Assembly (NCBI GenBank): GCA_040285855.1
Contig: JAUFOQ010000017.1
Location: 1,178,001-1,242,000, forward strand
Reading direction: 5' to 3'
Length of the DNA stretch: 64,000 bases
From: Eukaryota sp. GEM-RC1
Taxonomy: Eukaryota
Below, in pieces: positions 1 to 12,794 of this stretch. The notes under the pieces were generated by a model. It saw only the letters and a list, made by a program, of their open reading frames with translations. It searched no databases and was not told where the DNA came from. The position numbers and the translations under genes are program-made. Within the stretch, counting starts at the first letter, position 1, and each line of letters begins with the position of its first letter.

Positions 1-1569
1 CAATGTCAACCGGGTTTAATCCATTCTGCATCACCGTCAGAGACATGTGAGTTGCGTCATTAAGGGTTTCGAACTTGGATAAGATTCTCCCCACAGTTGT
101 TCGATCGATCTTTAGGCCATGGATGTCAAGAACCCACTGTATTAGCACTTGTTCAAATAGACCTAACATTTTCAACTTTATACCACTCTAATAGTACACG
201 CCAAAATCGCCACCGTTTAATTTATCAATCCTAGTATTTAAATACTTTTCGACTGGAAGTGATGCAGTAGTAATATGATTTAGTAATTGATCAATTGATT
301 TAGGCAACGATAGTTTTGGAGCTGGTGGAGGACATCTTGACGTCCTTCGGCAAGTCTTTCAGTCACAGAATCGGAAGCAGGTGTTTTTACGAGTCAGCTC
401 AGCGACTCCAATTTCATTCAATATTTTCAGTTAATTTGATTTTTTTGGAATGCCATCCAAGATGGCACTTTAGCTCTCAACTGCTCGTTACGCTCATAAC
501 TGTTCATTAATTGTAATTTTATAGCTTTCTGTACATTCATTCAGTGGTTCTTGCGACTTTTTAGGTCGTGATGTTGTTCGTGCAAAAAGTGAATACTTTC
601 TCAGTTTTGATACAAAGTTCAAAGTCAATCAAATGGCACTGAGATTCTGTACAAGCGGGGTGACAATGTGTCAAAACAATCACATTATGATTATTGGACT
701 AATGGGTCAGACTTGTATGATTGATTTCGCTCCCCTTTGAGCTCTACTGTGAGTAAGGGATAGTGCAAGAGTTTTATCTTTTTGGTTTTAACGGAACCAT
801 ACCTTATCATAAATAATGAAGATCCAACATTTCTGACATAGTCCATACCTAGTTTTGAAGTTAGGTTGTGAATAACTGTAGTTTTGGCGCCATTTGCTTT
901 CATTATGGTAGCTTTTTGGGTCAACTTGAGTGTGGTTAACTTGCATATATCATCTGTTGTACCATCGATGACTGCCATTGTTTGTCACTCCTTTTTTTCT
1001 TGCGTATTGAGTCATATCACTTTTCTTCCTAAAATCCTTTTTCAGTAGTAGTGAACCACATTGGGGAAAAATAAATTTGGGTTTTTCTATTGTTCCAAAT
1101 ACAGTTTATGACATGCAATACTTTGTACTTTTATGATTCAATAAATTAACGAAATTCAAACTACAGCAGTTTGCATTTCATTAATTTATTGAAAAATGAA
1201 TTTATTTGATGCAACTGATCAAAGTGTTGAAAAGCATTTTCAGGAGAAACACCTGGAGAAACATCGTTTCCTCCATCAACATAACTGAGAGAGATTCCCT
1301 TATTCACCGTTTTATGATCTATGGTCACATCGTACTATATCAACCTCAATCATCTTCTCACTAAGTCCTCTTCAAATTCAAACAATGGTTGAGCAATTTG
1401 AGGCTCACCTTTCTCAAAAACTGTGTATGATTCCAGCAGTTCTGAATGACTCTTTTCTCAACCTGTTTCCATGCAAAACTTACTAACTTAACGGCGTCTA
1501 ATATACTGAATTTCTTCATGTCTGGTTTCTCTCAATCTATTACACGATCCAATTAGAATTCTGTTAGAA

Positions 1570-1790
1570 CATCCCTCTTTTATAGTAGCATTTAAACCTT
1601 GGTCTAGCGGCTGTAGTAACGCCGTAGTGTTTGGGCACTAATGTCTAATGCTAAGTAGAAACTCCACCCTTAACTGGCTAAATCTTGTTGAAATCTTCTG
1701 AGACGCTACATTGTCTACAAGAAGCACAACTTTTCGGTCTTGTCTAGCCATCTTGTTGTTCAACTCAACACAATACTCACCAAATAGTGT
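1570..1790 (-). pseudogene. pogo/Tigger-type DDE transposase fragment
   Basis: Manual minus-strand translation gives ELNNKMARQDRKVVLLVDNVASQ ... CPNTTALLQPLDQGLNATIK, the DDE_1 motifs LLVDN and PNTTxxLQPLDQG; broken by stops. Confidence 0.75.
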
Positions 1791-2713
1791 GCGAGTCATG
1801 TACTAGTACTTCAAAAATATTAAAATCTCTACAGCTACACCAGCGACCGTATTTATTCACCTTGCACTTAGTCTCAGTGAGATTATTAAATGTAATCGTT
1901 TTTCCAAATCCGCCCGGCAATGACGTACTGTTGTATAACTGTGACATGTCCGGTACTCATATAAGTCGTAGTCAATAAGACAAAGTGAACAATCGTTGTA
2001 CTTCGGATTAACGAGATGCTTCTCAGTAGAACTAAAAAACATTATGAGCGACTAAACCAAATCTGAACTCAACACCGTTAGCAAATCAACACACATTAAC
2101 ACATCAACAACTGTTCTTGTTGTTCATTATCGATCTGTGGGATTAATCGACTTTTATTAATATCTTAATGAAGAACCCACATATCAACTCCATAAGGCTC
2201 CGATTGATGTACTTGATCAAATTCTTGTTCTTAGTGATTATTGACTGTCGGTATGGAATATACGTTTATTTAGTCACACCATTCTTTGATGTGAATAATA
2301 ATGTATTAACTGTTTTAACTGAAGAAATTTTTTATAAATACAAATGTTAGGTCTTGCTAAAATGATAATTCAACAAGCAGAAAACTTCTCTTTCAAAAAG
2401 CAATAATGTATATTCACTCAAGATAAACAATAAATAGGATCGATATCAACTTGAACAATATATTTATTGTTGAATGTCAGAAAATCAATAAGATAACAAT
2501 AAGATAATTTTACACTGATGATCCCATACAAGCTTAGTAGTGCGTATGCTTGTGTAGTTTTTAAGGTTGCTTGTATTGGGACCATATGCACGATATGTAT
2601 TTATTGCAATAATTACAACATTAATCTATTTTTCCCTACCCCTGGCAACACCGTCATCGAATTTGATGAGATTCACATGCTTTAGTAATGTCATTTCCAG
2701 ATTGACAAAATAC

Positions 2714-3441
2714 CAGTGTTGTACCATGACGGCCATAACTGCCATAACTGCCATGCGTCCATAGGCGCATGGCATTATCTGATTATGGCTATGTTGTTAT
2801 GGCGTGTTAACACGTGTTGTTATTCCAACAATGACACCGAACTACACAAGCATGTACAGTAGTGCTATGATACGTATACTTAAAGAATGTTATTTATTAA
2901 ACCTATATAAAGAGCTCTAGTAGTCAGAATCGATGTCCATGCTGTGTTCTGTCCATCTTTGTTTCATAAGACCAGCTTGTTTCTGGAATTTGGAAGTAAA
3001 GTGCACATACACTAACTTTCTAGCTCTTTTGGTTGTGAGCCGGTGTCTTCTGTTTGAGTGAATAAAAGAATAGGAACTCCGAACCCTTTCACATGCTCCT
3101 GCTGAACATACTTGTGAGATTTACTTAATGGCAAGCTTCTTGACTACACAGGCTGATGTACCATTTGATTTCCACAATGTAACAGGAGTAAGAGAATCAT
3201 CAAAATCAGAACTCGATTCAAATTGATTGTGAAATGAATTGTATGACAACAGATTTATACATACAAAAATACGTTCTGAGATATAACGATATGTGTTCAT
3301 TTACGTAATATCTACTGACTTGGTTGGATATCGAAAATATTGCCAATGCGCCATGCGTATTTTCGCGCCATGCGTCCGAAAGCCATGACCCATAGGCCAT
3401 AGGCGCATGGCATTTGAAAATTTGGTTATGCTATAACACTG
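2714..3441 (-). mobile_element. Non-autonomous hAT element (internal deletion derivative)
   Basis: Imperfect TIRs CAGTGTTGTACCATGAC / GTTATGCTATAACACTG; perfect 8-bp TSD CAAAATAC (2706-2713, 3442-3449); internal minus-strand hAT dimerisation remnant (SAGACERVRSSYSFIHSNRRHRLT); GCCAT subterminal repeats. Confidence 0.9.
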
Positions 3442-5788
3442 CAAAATACACAGCAGATGGTCCCTGAAATTCTTCCAAGATGTCTTACAAAGACATCTCT
3501 CTTGTCCAACAACTTAAACAACTTGTCTACGGTTGATGTATAAATTTGCACCTATATCTGAGCTTATTCCCTTTCTTCTCCTGTTGCATGGGAGTTTCAC
3601 ACGGACCCTTTGCAGTCACTCACACCAGGCGTTGTCTTCAGTTCCTCGACCAGAGGTAATTGATATTAGAGCGCCAATTTCATCCGATGAGATCTCGAAA
3701 ATCCGATCAAACTACGACACCGATCAAAGGGAACTATGTACTCCCTTCAACGCAAGCCTCTGTTGACACGTGTCATTTGGGCCACCATCTTGGATGATAT
3801 CCTCAGAATCGTTGTTCAAAGAGCTTCCCCTCTCCCTCCACAAGTCTTCTCCCCACAGACACTCTTTCCCAAGTTTAAGAACTAGTAGTTGATCCTCTTC
3901 TCTCTTCTTGTGTTGTCTCTTCCCTGTGGTCACTTCAAACCAGCCAATTTCCCGATACCATGTCAGAGTTGCTGATTGTGATTCTTCCACAATCCTTGCC
4001 ATTACTTTTCTAAGCTATCTCAATGGGTTCTCACCGTCTTGAGAACACGTACTTAAACCTGCTACGTCATTGTGACTGAACATTAGCAACACTTCGGAAA
4101 GATATTTACTGACGTACACGTTTAAATATACACGTTTCTTATGAAGATTATCCCGAAACATGTCGATGGGTACTAGTATTCATTATACTTCCCCAACATT
4201 CGATTTCCTTCACTTCACTTATTTTCTTGAAACCTTGATCACGTGATTTTGATTCAAATTTGGGAAATGGTACTTTTAACGTTTGTATCATATTGATTGT
4301 GTAAATCTTTTGTATTCCATCATGATCGTTGCAACCATCTTCAAAAGTTTTATCATCTTTCTGGTTCACATTGGCTTGATACTCACGAAATTTGTCCACG
4401 TCGTTTGTAATCAAGAACAATTGATGACGACATCACACGTGTCAAAGTAACGTGGTTTTTCAATGTTGGGGTCATCGATCTCCTGCTCTGAAACTTGTCT
4501 ATTGGTTGTCTTCATCTCTTTGATCTACATTTATGTGTTTTACTTAGAACTATGTCTATATTTCAATTTTTCTCGATTGTTATTTAATAACAGCCTTTTT
4601 GTTACATTAAATGTCTTGTAAACTCACTAAGGTTACATGATCATGAATCAGTTTGCATGTTTTTGTTGCTGCTTTTCTGCATATGGTTGGTGGAAAAGAA
4701 GGTTCCATTTAGTCCTTATGATTTCTCTTGACTTCATTAAAAAAAAGTCGTGGAAGATCGATAATGATGGTTATATTTACAATATTTTACACTTTTGAAC
4801 ATATGTATGTTTTTGATTGAATTCGATTGCTGAAGGTTGTATGTGTAGTTCTATTCATTGGTGAAAGGAATTTTCGCTACCCAGAAATTTCACATTTTTT
4901 AAAATTTTATTATTTTTATTGAAATGAAATCTTTCACTGCATGAACGACAAATTTCAGAAATTCGTCTCACAGTTCAGCAGTGACTCTTTCTCCATTTAG
5001 AACTAATTCAAAGACTTGTTGAATGTAATTAGACAAATTCAATTCTTTCCTTGAATTAATTCAAACGAAACAATTAAATGAAAAAGATTTGATAAGCAAG
5101 AACATGAAAGTGAATCATTCGATATTGAATTAACATGCATTTCAAACGAGTTAAACTCGGATTGTTTTTCCGGGTAAGTTTCAGGAGCATCAATGTATTC
5201 CTTTGTCCTCTGTGCAACATTGATACAGCGGGTAAAGTGTTCGGAAAAATGCATTTGAATATTGTTCATGTATGATGTAACAATTTCAGTGATTGAGTAC
5301 TCGAGGATTCTGACGCTTCTTTCTTATTGTGGACGAGTACGCTGATTTAAAAGGTTTGGGTAAATGTTCACATTGAATAATTTGGCCATCTCAGAACGGA
5401 GTAGTATTGTTTCTTTGTTATTTGTATTGAATGTTACAAGTTCTTTGAAATCCACTTCCGAAGGGTAATCTGTGAATCGTTTTTCAAACATGGCGATGAC
5501 CCACACTGCAGCTCCTACAACTTTATTGTTGAACTCTACATAAGTAGCTTTCTCAATATTTTCCAGTTTTGGAAACAAAAATGAATTTCAACAGAAGATA
5601 TGTTCATCGAACAATTTAATCTACATCTACAACAATCCTCTCGATTTCATTAAAGAACATTCAGTTCAGGTGGATTTATCAAATTCTCCAAACTACATTT
5701 TTGAAGAATCTCTACAATTTTATATGTTGGTATCATGTAACCAAGAACCATCTTTTGCATTTGCCAGTTTTTATCACAGTCCTTGTAA

Positions 5789-5866
5789 GTACAAGCATAC
5801 CCTCTTGTGGACATGTGAGAAGAATTAATGCCGGTAGAAAAGTGAATTTCTTCAGTTGCACTTCAT
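5789..5866. repeat. 78-bp dispersed repeat, second copy at 46167-46244 (5' end of the C2H2-PHD-SET gene)
   Basis: GTACAAGCATACCCTCTTGTGGACATGTGAGAAGAATTAATGCCGGTAGAAAAGTGAATTTCTTC... is near-identical at both sites. Confidence 0.9.
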
Positions 5867-6899
5867 TTCTATGTGTGTTGTCAGAATTCTCATATCCTCT
5901 TTTCTCACATCTTTATCTCTTCAATGTTACTGGGGCCGTACGTATGTTACACAGTGACTGTTAGCAAGGGAGTCATAATGACAAATAGCAGACAACAGTC
6001 TGTAGGTGTATTTTTCTTCAACATTTCTAGTCTTGTTGATTGTCAGCAAACAACTTAGTCTGAGCCAATTCCAAGAGATGTTGTATATTAGACCTCTAAC
6101 ATCATCCTTCAAATCATCGACATCTGATTGTAATGAGGAAATGGCCACCTTCGAAAAAGTGCAGTTCTGTAGACATTCGGAAGCTACAGATTCATTCCGA
6201 CCCTCTGCATCAAGGTCAAAAGCAGTTCCCAATCGCTGTTGCATAGCTTCATCTGTGGTATATAGGCCAGCCACTTCTTTAGCGAAAAGTAATAAAGAGG
6301 GAGAAGATTCCATTGGGGTGATGAATTGCTTTGTTAATTATTAGACTCGTTGTTTATATGACATGTGGTGAGTTCATTTTGAACAATAATAATAAAATCA
6401 CCCCATCCTGTCTGTTGTTGCCATATTAAAGCAATAAATTTGATCTACTTATTATCCTAAATGAAATAAAGATAATTGAGTTTCAATTCATTATTAAATA
6501 AATGGAAAGTGTTGGATGAAAAGAAATAAAGTTAATCTGATTTGGTCATGACTGAACTAAACTGATAAAGTATCCATGTCGAGAGCTTGAAGGGAAACGT
6601 AAGCACGTTTGGACTAAAGCTATAAGGAGGTGGAATTCCTTCTGATGTTGGTTTAGCAGTGGTTTGGTTTAGCAGTTTGTGACGTTAAGTATGAAAAACG
6701 CGTTGTTGTTTACAATTGCAAATAAAGAGAACCATCAAAAATAACAAAGGATATACAAATACCCCTACATCATCCCAAATTCATGTCTCAATGCAGAATG
6801 ACGGTTTAGAATCGATTCAAATTACCTGAACAATGCTGTAAAACACGAAAATGACAACCTTCCTCTACAATAACTTTCATTAAATATCTTTCCATAATG

Positions 6900-7840
6900 T
6901 TTACACAATTTAAAAGATGTGGGCAATTTTTCTCCAAAAATGCCAAACATTCCATAAAGTGAAATAGCAAAATGATGAAAAACAAACGGATTGTGTTGAC
7001 GAAAATTCATCTTAATAATTAAATCACTATATCGATCCAATTGTTGCTTTTCAACAGTTTCAAGAACTGAATAATGTTCGTCTAAAATTGTTTTGACAGA
7101 AGTCTAATCTTATCCTTATCAGTATCTCTCATAATTGAGTCAGACAACGTATTTAAAACTGGTTCGATTTTTCCATGAAAACGATTGATTTTAAACAAAT
7201 TCTACACATTGATCACGTAAACTGTTGTGAATGATTGTATGAAATGTTTAAATGTCATGGTTTTAATGAGAAAATTGATTCTGTTCTTAAGCATTGTAGT
7301 GATCATAATATTACTATTATATTGCTCCATATCCTGATTCTTGTCAAGCAGTGAGAGAATATATTACTTTTGATCCTTGTGCAAAAGTGAACATGTATTT
7401 GGATTCTGTTTCAAGTGATGATGAAAATCATTTCTCTCTTGTTTTTAAATCATTAACATTCCTTTTGCGATTTCAATTTATGGTCAACATGGTAATTATT
7501 CTCTTTGTCTTCTCTCTGATTTTGAGAAAGTTGTCAATAAGGGATAAACAACAAATTTGTTTTTAAGTTTTCCTTGAATGATATTGTCTTTACAGTTGTT
7601 TAAATCAATTCCTATTATGATTTCAAAAGCTCTATTTGCTCTCAGTATTGTTTATAAAAAAAAAGCTGATGTGAGTTTTAATGGCAATGAATGTTGCTTT
7701 AATGATATTGAGTTCTAGTTTTTGTACTTATCTTACTGTTTTTGTTCTGTAAAGAATTGATAATGCAAAAGAACGTAATCTTATACCGGATGGAGATGAA
7801 GTCGTTTGGATTTGGTCTTAGTATTTTGTTTGTTTTTGCA
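6900..7840 (+). mobile_element. Decayed non-LTR retrotransposon remnant (RLE/CRE-like family)
   Basis: ~7600-7705 matches the reverse complement of ~20765-20865; the 3' segment (AACGTAATCTTATACCGGATGGAGATGAAGTCGTTTGG) recurs at ~20140 and ~56015, the latter next to an RLE endonuclease fragment; boundaries approximate. Confidence 0.55.
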
Positions 7841-8068
7841 CTTTGTATTATCATACTATGTCACTGTATGCCATTGTTGCAATAACAACACGTGTTAACA
7901 TGCCATGATCACAAAGCCTTAACCAAAAAACGCCATACCTTTATGACCGCATAACACGTATAGCACGCCTTCGAGTGACAAAATTGTAATATGATACTTG
8001 CAAAATGAGTTACATGGCTTCATGATGCACTTCTTTTTGGGTAGAGTTCATTTGTTTAGAGAAAATAG

Positions 8069-8150
8069 CAGTGTTGCGCCATAACCAAAATAAATTTGCC
8101 ATACGCGTATGGACGGATGGGAGTCCATACGTGTTTGGCAAACAATGGCT
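8069..8150 (+). mobile_element. Orphan hAT terminus related to the 2714-3441 family
   Basis: CAGTGTTGCGCCATAACCAAA resembles the TIR of the 2714-3441 element, followed by GCCATACGCGTATGG motifs; no partner end found. Confidence 0.4.
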
Positions 8151-8240
8151 AATTGACAATAAATCAAGAATTGATGAAATCTGCTTACCAACCAACAGAA
8201 CAGTAGCCTTGATTTGACCCTACTAGTACATGGATCTAGA

Positions 8241-9870
8241 ATGACAACCACACCTCTCACAAAGCAGATCCCGTATTCATCCTCATCAATCAGTGATAGT
8301 GCGGTGTATACCTCTTCTCCAACTGGGGCTCTTTCCAACTCTATTCCTGTTACTTTTACTTCTCTTTCCTCTCGCTATATCCAGCTTTCTCATTATTCAA
8401 TCCACTTTCCACAGTCTCTGTGGGTGCTAATCAATTCTCATCTCCTCAGCTGCTTATACAAGTCTCTTTGTGAACAGGAGCCTGGAGTACAAGACACTTT
8501 GACATGTGTATTGTCTGATTTTTATGAAACAGTTTCTTCTATTAGCCACTTCCCTCTTAAATCCATTCACTTAGGTGTTCGATTGTTTTATAGAACAACA
8601 ACGATTTCCTTAGAATGTGAAGATCTCCCTCTTCTTCCCTCCACCATTCTTCCACAACTACAGTCTCTTTCCTTAGAATCTTTCGATAGTTATGACACCA
8701 GTCCGACTTCCTTTTCTTACTTAATTACTAGAATAAGAGGATGGTCTGGAAGGTTACTTGACTTTGACTATCTAACAATTTCTTCTCGACTTTATTTACC
8801 TAATCTGGAAACAAATTTCCATTAGATACGCTGATGAATGTAGAGTAAATGAAGCAGAACGACAAACAACAATACATGTATGTCCGTCATTTGAATCTCT
8901 TTGCGAAGGTCTAATGGCAAATGAAACTGTTATTGAATTTGAGTTGTTTTGGAATTGTGCAAGTGGATACATTCTGTCTCATATTTCTCTATTATCCAAA
9001 GTTTTCTCAGTAAATCAAACTTTGAAGAAATTTATTTTTATTCCTGGCAAACCTTTAATTCATCTTGAAGACTTCAGATCTCTTATAGATGGTATAGCAG
9101 CAAGTACTTCAATTACAACCCTTGATTTGTCCAATTTTTATTCGATGGACAACGCCGATTTCTCCATTCTTAAACCTCTCGCAAGGGAGTTCTTTTTTTA
9201 GACATCTTTTAGTAAATTACTCCTACTTAGATACACTTTCTACTTTAACTATCAGTTCTAAAATCCGCTCTCTTAGCTTTTGTTCTCATTCTTGTAGAAA
9301 GCATAGAGAAAACGGAGGACGTGATCGTCATTGTGATGCCCTTTCTGAAATATTCCTACAGAATTCTTCGATACTTGAATTAAACCTTGAAGGGACTTTT
9401 ATTTGATTCTGTCGAATTGCTAGTAATTCTTAAAGGTCTAGAGAATAACTCTGTGCTGAAACTGGTCAATATTACTGATTTGAGTTTGACCTGTTTAATT
9501 TCAGCTTTTGATTTCATATGTAATGGCAGAATACGATCTATTTTCAAATGTTCTCCTCATTTCATTGATGTTTCTCTTGGTTATATCCGTTATGAAGGTA
9601 AAGTTAATCACGAAGAATTAAGGTCACTGGCCAATGCTTTAAAGTTAAACCTCTTTATTAAACGTTTTCAATGTTTAGGATTGGAAGGGCAGAGTTTAAA
9701 GGCACTTACAGTCTTATTTGAAACTATTTCTGTTGACGAATCTGTAATAGATTGTTGTAGTCCAAAAGAATTATTTACTTAGATCACCCATTTTTCGTAT
9801 TAACAAAGAGTTTGGAACTATGATCGACGATGGTTTAGTATTTTTGGATACCAAAAGTCTGTAATTTGCT
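8241..9870 (+). pseudogene. Degenerate RNI-like leucine-rich-repeat protein
   Basis: Consecutive ORFs 8214-8825, 8914-9201, 9122-9406 and 9387-9782 carry repeats of the type NxTLKxLxL/STSITTLDLS; multiple stops and frameshifts. Confidence 0.6.
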
Positions 9871-10416
9871 TTTGAGCATTTATTTGGGATGTATGTTATT
9901 GACTGAACCAAATTTTGACTAAAAGGGTTAGAGGTAAACTTCAAACATATCTTATATTTGTAGGACTTAAGGACACCCTTAGTTCCAGATCTTTCAGTCC
10001 AGTTAAACGTCAACACGAGAAGTGCTCCGACTTGAATAAATGGCACTTAAATATTCTGTAAAGCCATAATTACCAATATATGTGGATGATGATGCACTGC
10101 AATTGCATTCCACGTGATTGATGGAATGACAGTTTTTCAAATGGTAGACCTAGAATTGTGGAGAGAGAAGTTTGTTGGAGACAATTCAGTCTCAAAATTT
10201 GGAAACGCTGAACGCAGTTTGCATACTGTACAACGTATTACAGTGTAGCTTAATTTATTACCTTAAAAATGGAAAATTAAAACGTGCAAAGGCTAAGCGT
10301 TGCATGTTATGTGATGAAAACCTCCAGTCAGTCAGTATTGGGATAATTTTATAGTCTCTAAACATAATAAACTGAGAACTTCAATAATACATTTACTATC
10401 CCTGAGTATTAATCTT

Positions 10417-12196
10417 TCACTGATCTAACTGGACTTTAAGTTCGGATAATTCCTTAAAAGTCATACGATAACTGAGGTCAATTTCAGCATGATGTATTTC
10501 CAAGTCTGCAAGCTTTTTGGCAGCTCCATCATTCATCTTTGCCCTTTTTTTCAGACGTTCCTTGTCACCTTCGTGTTGCTTACATTGATGCTGATGGTGC
10601 ATCTTTTGTTTAGCACATTCATCTTGAAGAGCTTCAACTTCCTTTCTTAATGAATCTGATTGATCCTGTTGTGCTGAACATAACTTGGGGTAGAATTTGT
10701 GAGTCATGAATTTGCACATCATACTACTAAGAGCAGGGTCACTTAACAACTGGTAAATTGAATCAAGGAAGTGTTCTAGGTCAGATACGTTAGAAGGCAG
10801 GTTTATGGATTCAAGTACACTCATGAAATCAGCAATCAAATTTGATTGACTCTGTTTTGATTGATCTTGATTTTTCCAAAAGTGTACTAACTGCTTCACA
10901 GCCCAACAAACATGATGATCATGAACTGATGAACAGATCCTGCTTAAAAGTGAAAAAGAAAAGGAAAAAACAGATTGATCACCATCATTTCCAGAAATTT
11001 TCATAACATCATTCAGATTCAAAAGCAAATCATCAATAATCACGTCATCACTACGTTGATCGGACTGAGACAACATCCAAAGAAGCATATCGACTGGAAC
11101 AAACTCTGATGGAATACGTCCATTCAACAGTTCTTTTGAGAGCTTGAACAGAACATCAGAAAAAATAGGTTTCTCAAATAAAGGCTTAGTGATCTCATAG
11201 AATATTTGAAGAGACTGGTGTTCCACGTTGGATAGACAAAGATTGAGAATCTTTTCAAAATCGTCGGGTTTTAAATCGTAACTGTTAAGCACAAGACATT
11301 TGAGCAACCACCAAACGTCAACATCATGGGAGAATAAAGATGTGAAAACGTCCAAGTTGGAAAAAGATATAGGATGAATTGAGTCAGGAATGTAGGACAT
11401 GGCAGGGAAAAAGCATGACTCTGTGAGGCACTTGGCTTCCAGTGAGTGTACTTGATTGAAGAAAAGAAGCGAGTGGAGTGACAATATCGTTGAGTGAGTA
11501 GATGAATTGTTCACAAGTATATTGGACGAAGGCAACACCAAAGAATAAAGAGAGAACTAGGAAGGAGAAAACATTCTCTAAAGTCAAAGAGATCGTTAAA
11601 GAGTTGTAAAAAGACGAGAAAAACTCGTCAAAGACGTCTACATTGACTGAAAACACGTCGGAGAATGAGATTGCAGTGGGTTCACTGGGTCGAGACCGAG
11701 ACGGAGAAAATCGTTCAAGAAAGTAAGATGAATAGCCACATAAAGCAATGATGTGTGAATCGATGGTCGCTTTGTTGTAATGAAGGGATATGTCACGCTC
11801 CTTTTTAATTAAGAGTGATAGAAAAGTTGAACAAGAATTGGTGAAACTCAAAGTGGAGGCGCTGTCTTGCTTATCCTTGATGAATTCGTTGAGTTGAGTG
11901 TAGCCAAGCTTCTGAGCCCACAAAGATTCGATCGAAGTGAGAAAGGTTGGAATTAAAACAGTTTCTCCGTAGAGTGACTGCAAAATCGAATGGATCTTTT
12001 CGATCTCTGGTGCACTACTGGCCAGGAACTTGAGATCTTCATTGAGGAGATGATCGAGACAGTTATCATTGAGAAAAAGCGACAGAATAACCCGATGTGC
12101 ACGGAACATGAGGGGACCTAAATAAATCTTAACGTCGGTCAGCTTGTGCTGTTTTTGGAGTTGAGTAATTCGAGCATAAAGTGAAGGGTTATCCAT
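10417..12196 (-). CDS. Tandem BTB/POZ-domain protein with C-terminal coiled coil (one frameshift near 11530)
   Basis: LTDVKIYLGPLMFRAHRVILS and DISLHYNKATIDSHIIALCGYSSYF BTB signatures; continues in the overlapping ORF 10417-11541. Confidence 0.7.
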
Positions 12197-12370
12197 AAAA
12201 ACAAAGAAAATTAAATTTTTTACATCAAAAGGTCCAACAAAACCATTGCGCACAACAATTTGTACCAATTTCTGCCCTCTCAAGGGTTTTGCTCCCAATT
12301 AATCTAATTATCGTCATTAATTACAAACGAATCCCTGAAGTATGGAAGGTAATTCAACTCCACTTATATA

Positions 12371-12427
12371 CAGTCTGCCCTGAATAAAGTGTACCACTTT
12401 CGGTACACACTATGTCCAGGGCGGTTC
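12371..12427. repeat. Imperfect hairpin, possible minimal Tc1/mariner-type element
   Basis: TA|CAGTCTGCCCTG...GTGTACC ACTTTC GGTACAC...CAGGGCGGTTC|TA. Confidence 0.45.
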
Positions 12428-12794
12428 TATTTTAAAAAATTTCATTTACATGAAATTGATAGGTCTAAATCAATTCTGTGCATGAATTTGTAGTCAACTG
12501 AACAAAAGAATATTCACAACAAGAGTCAACATATCACGGACTTCTAATTAGATTACAGTTGATTGGTAGTTGTCTTTTGAACGATAAAATTCAGAAAGGA
12601 TTTTTTCTTCTAGAGACTCTTGTTTCCGTGTATTGCTATCGTAAAGGTGAAAGACCCAACAGTAGCAATTACTCCAAAGCAACTCAGACGCATATTAGTA
12701 AAAGCATAAGATACGATAAACACGTGTCCAGAACAAATTTTGTGGGAAGTAAAATTCAAAAAATGGTTTTCAAAAACTTTCATCTCTGAACACA

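Noticed and set aside
691..978. Faint resemblance to an NAD-dependent ligase OB-fold segment
   Set aside because: Too weak and short, with no other ligase motifs.
3533..5600. Several short ORFs that look like gene fragments
   Set aside because: No recognisable motifs; cannot assign without searches.
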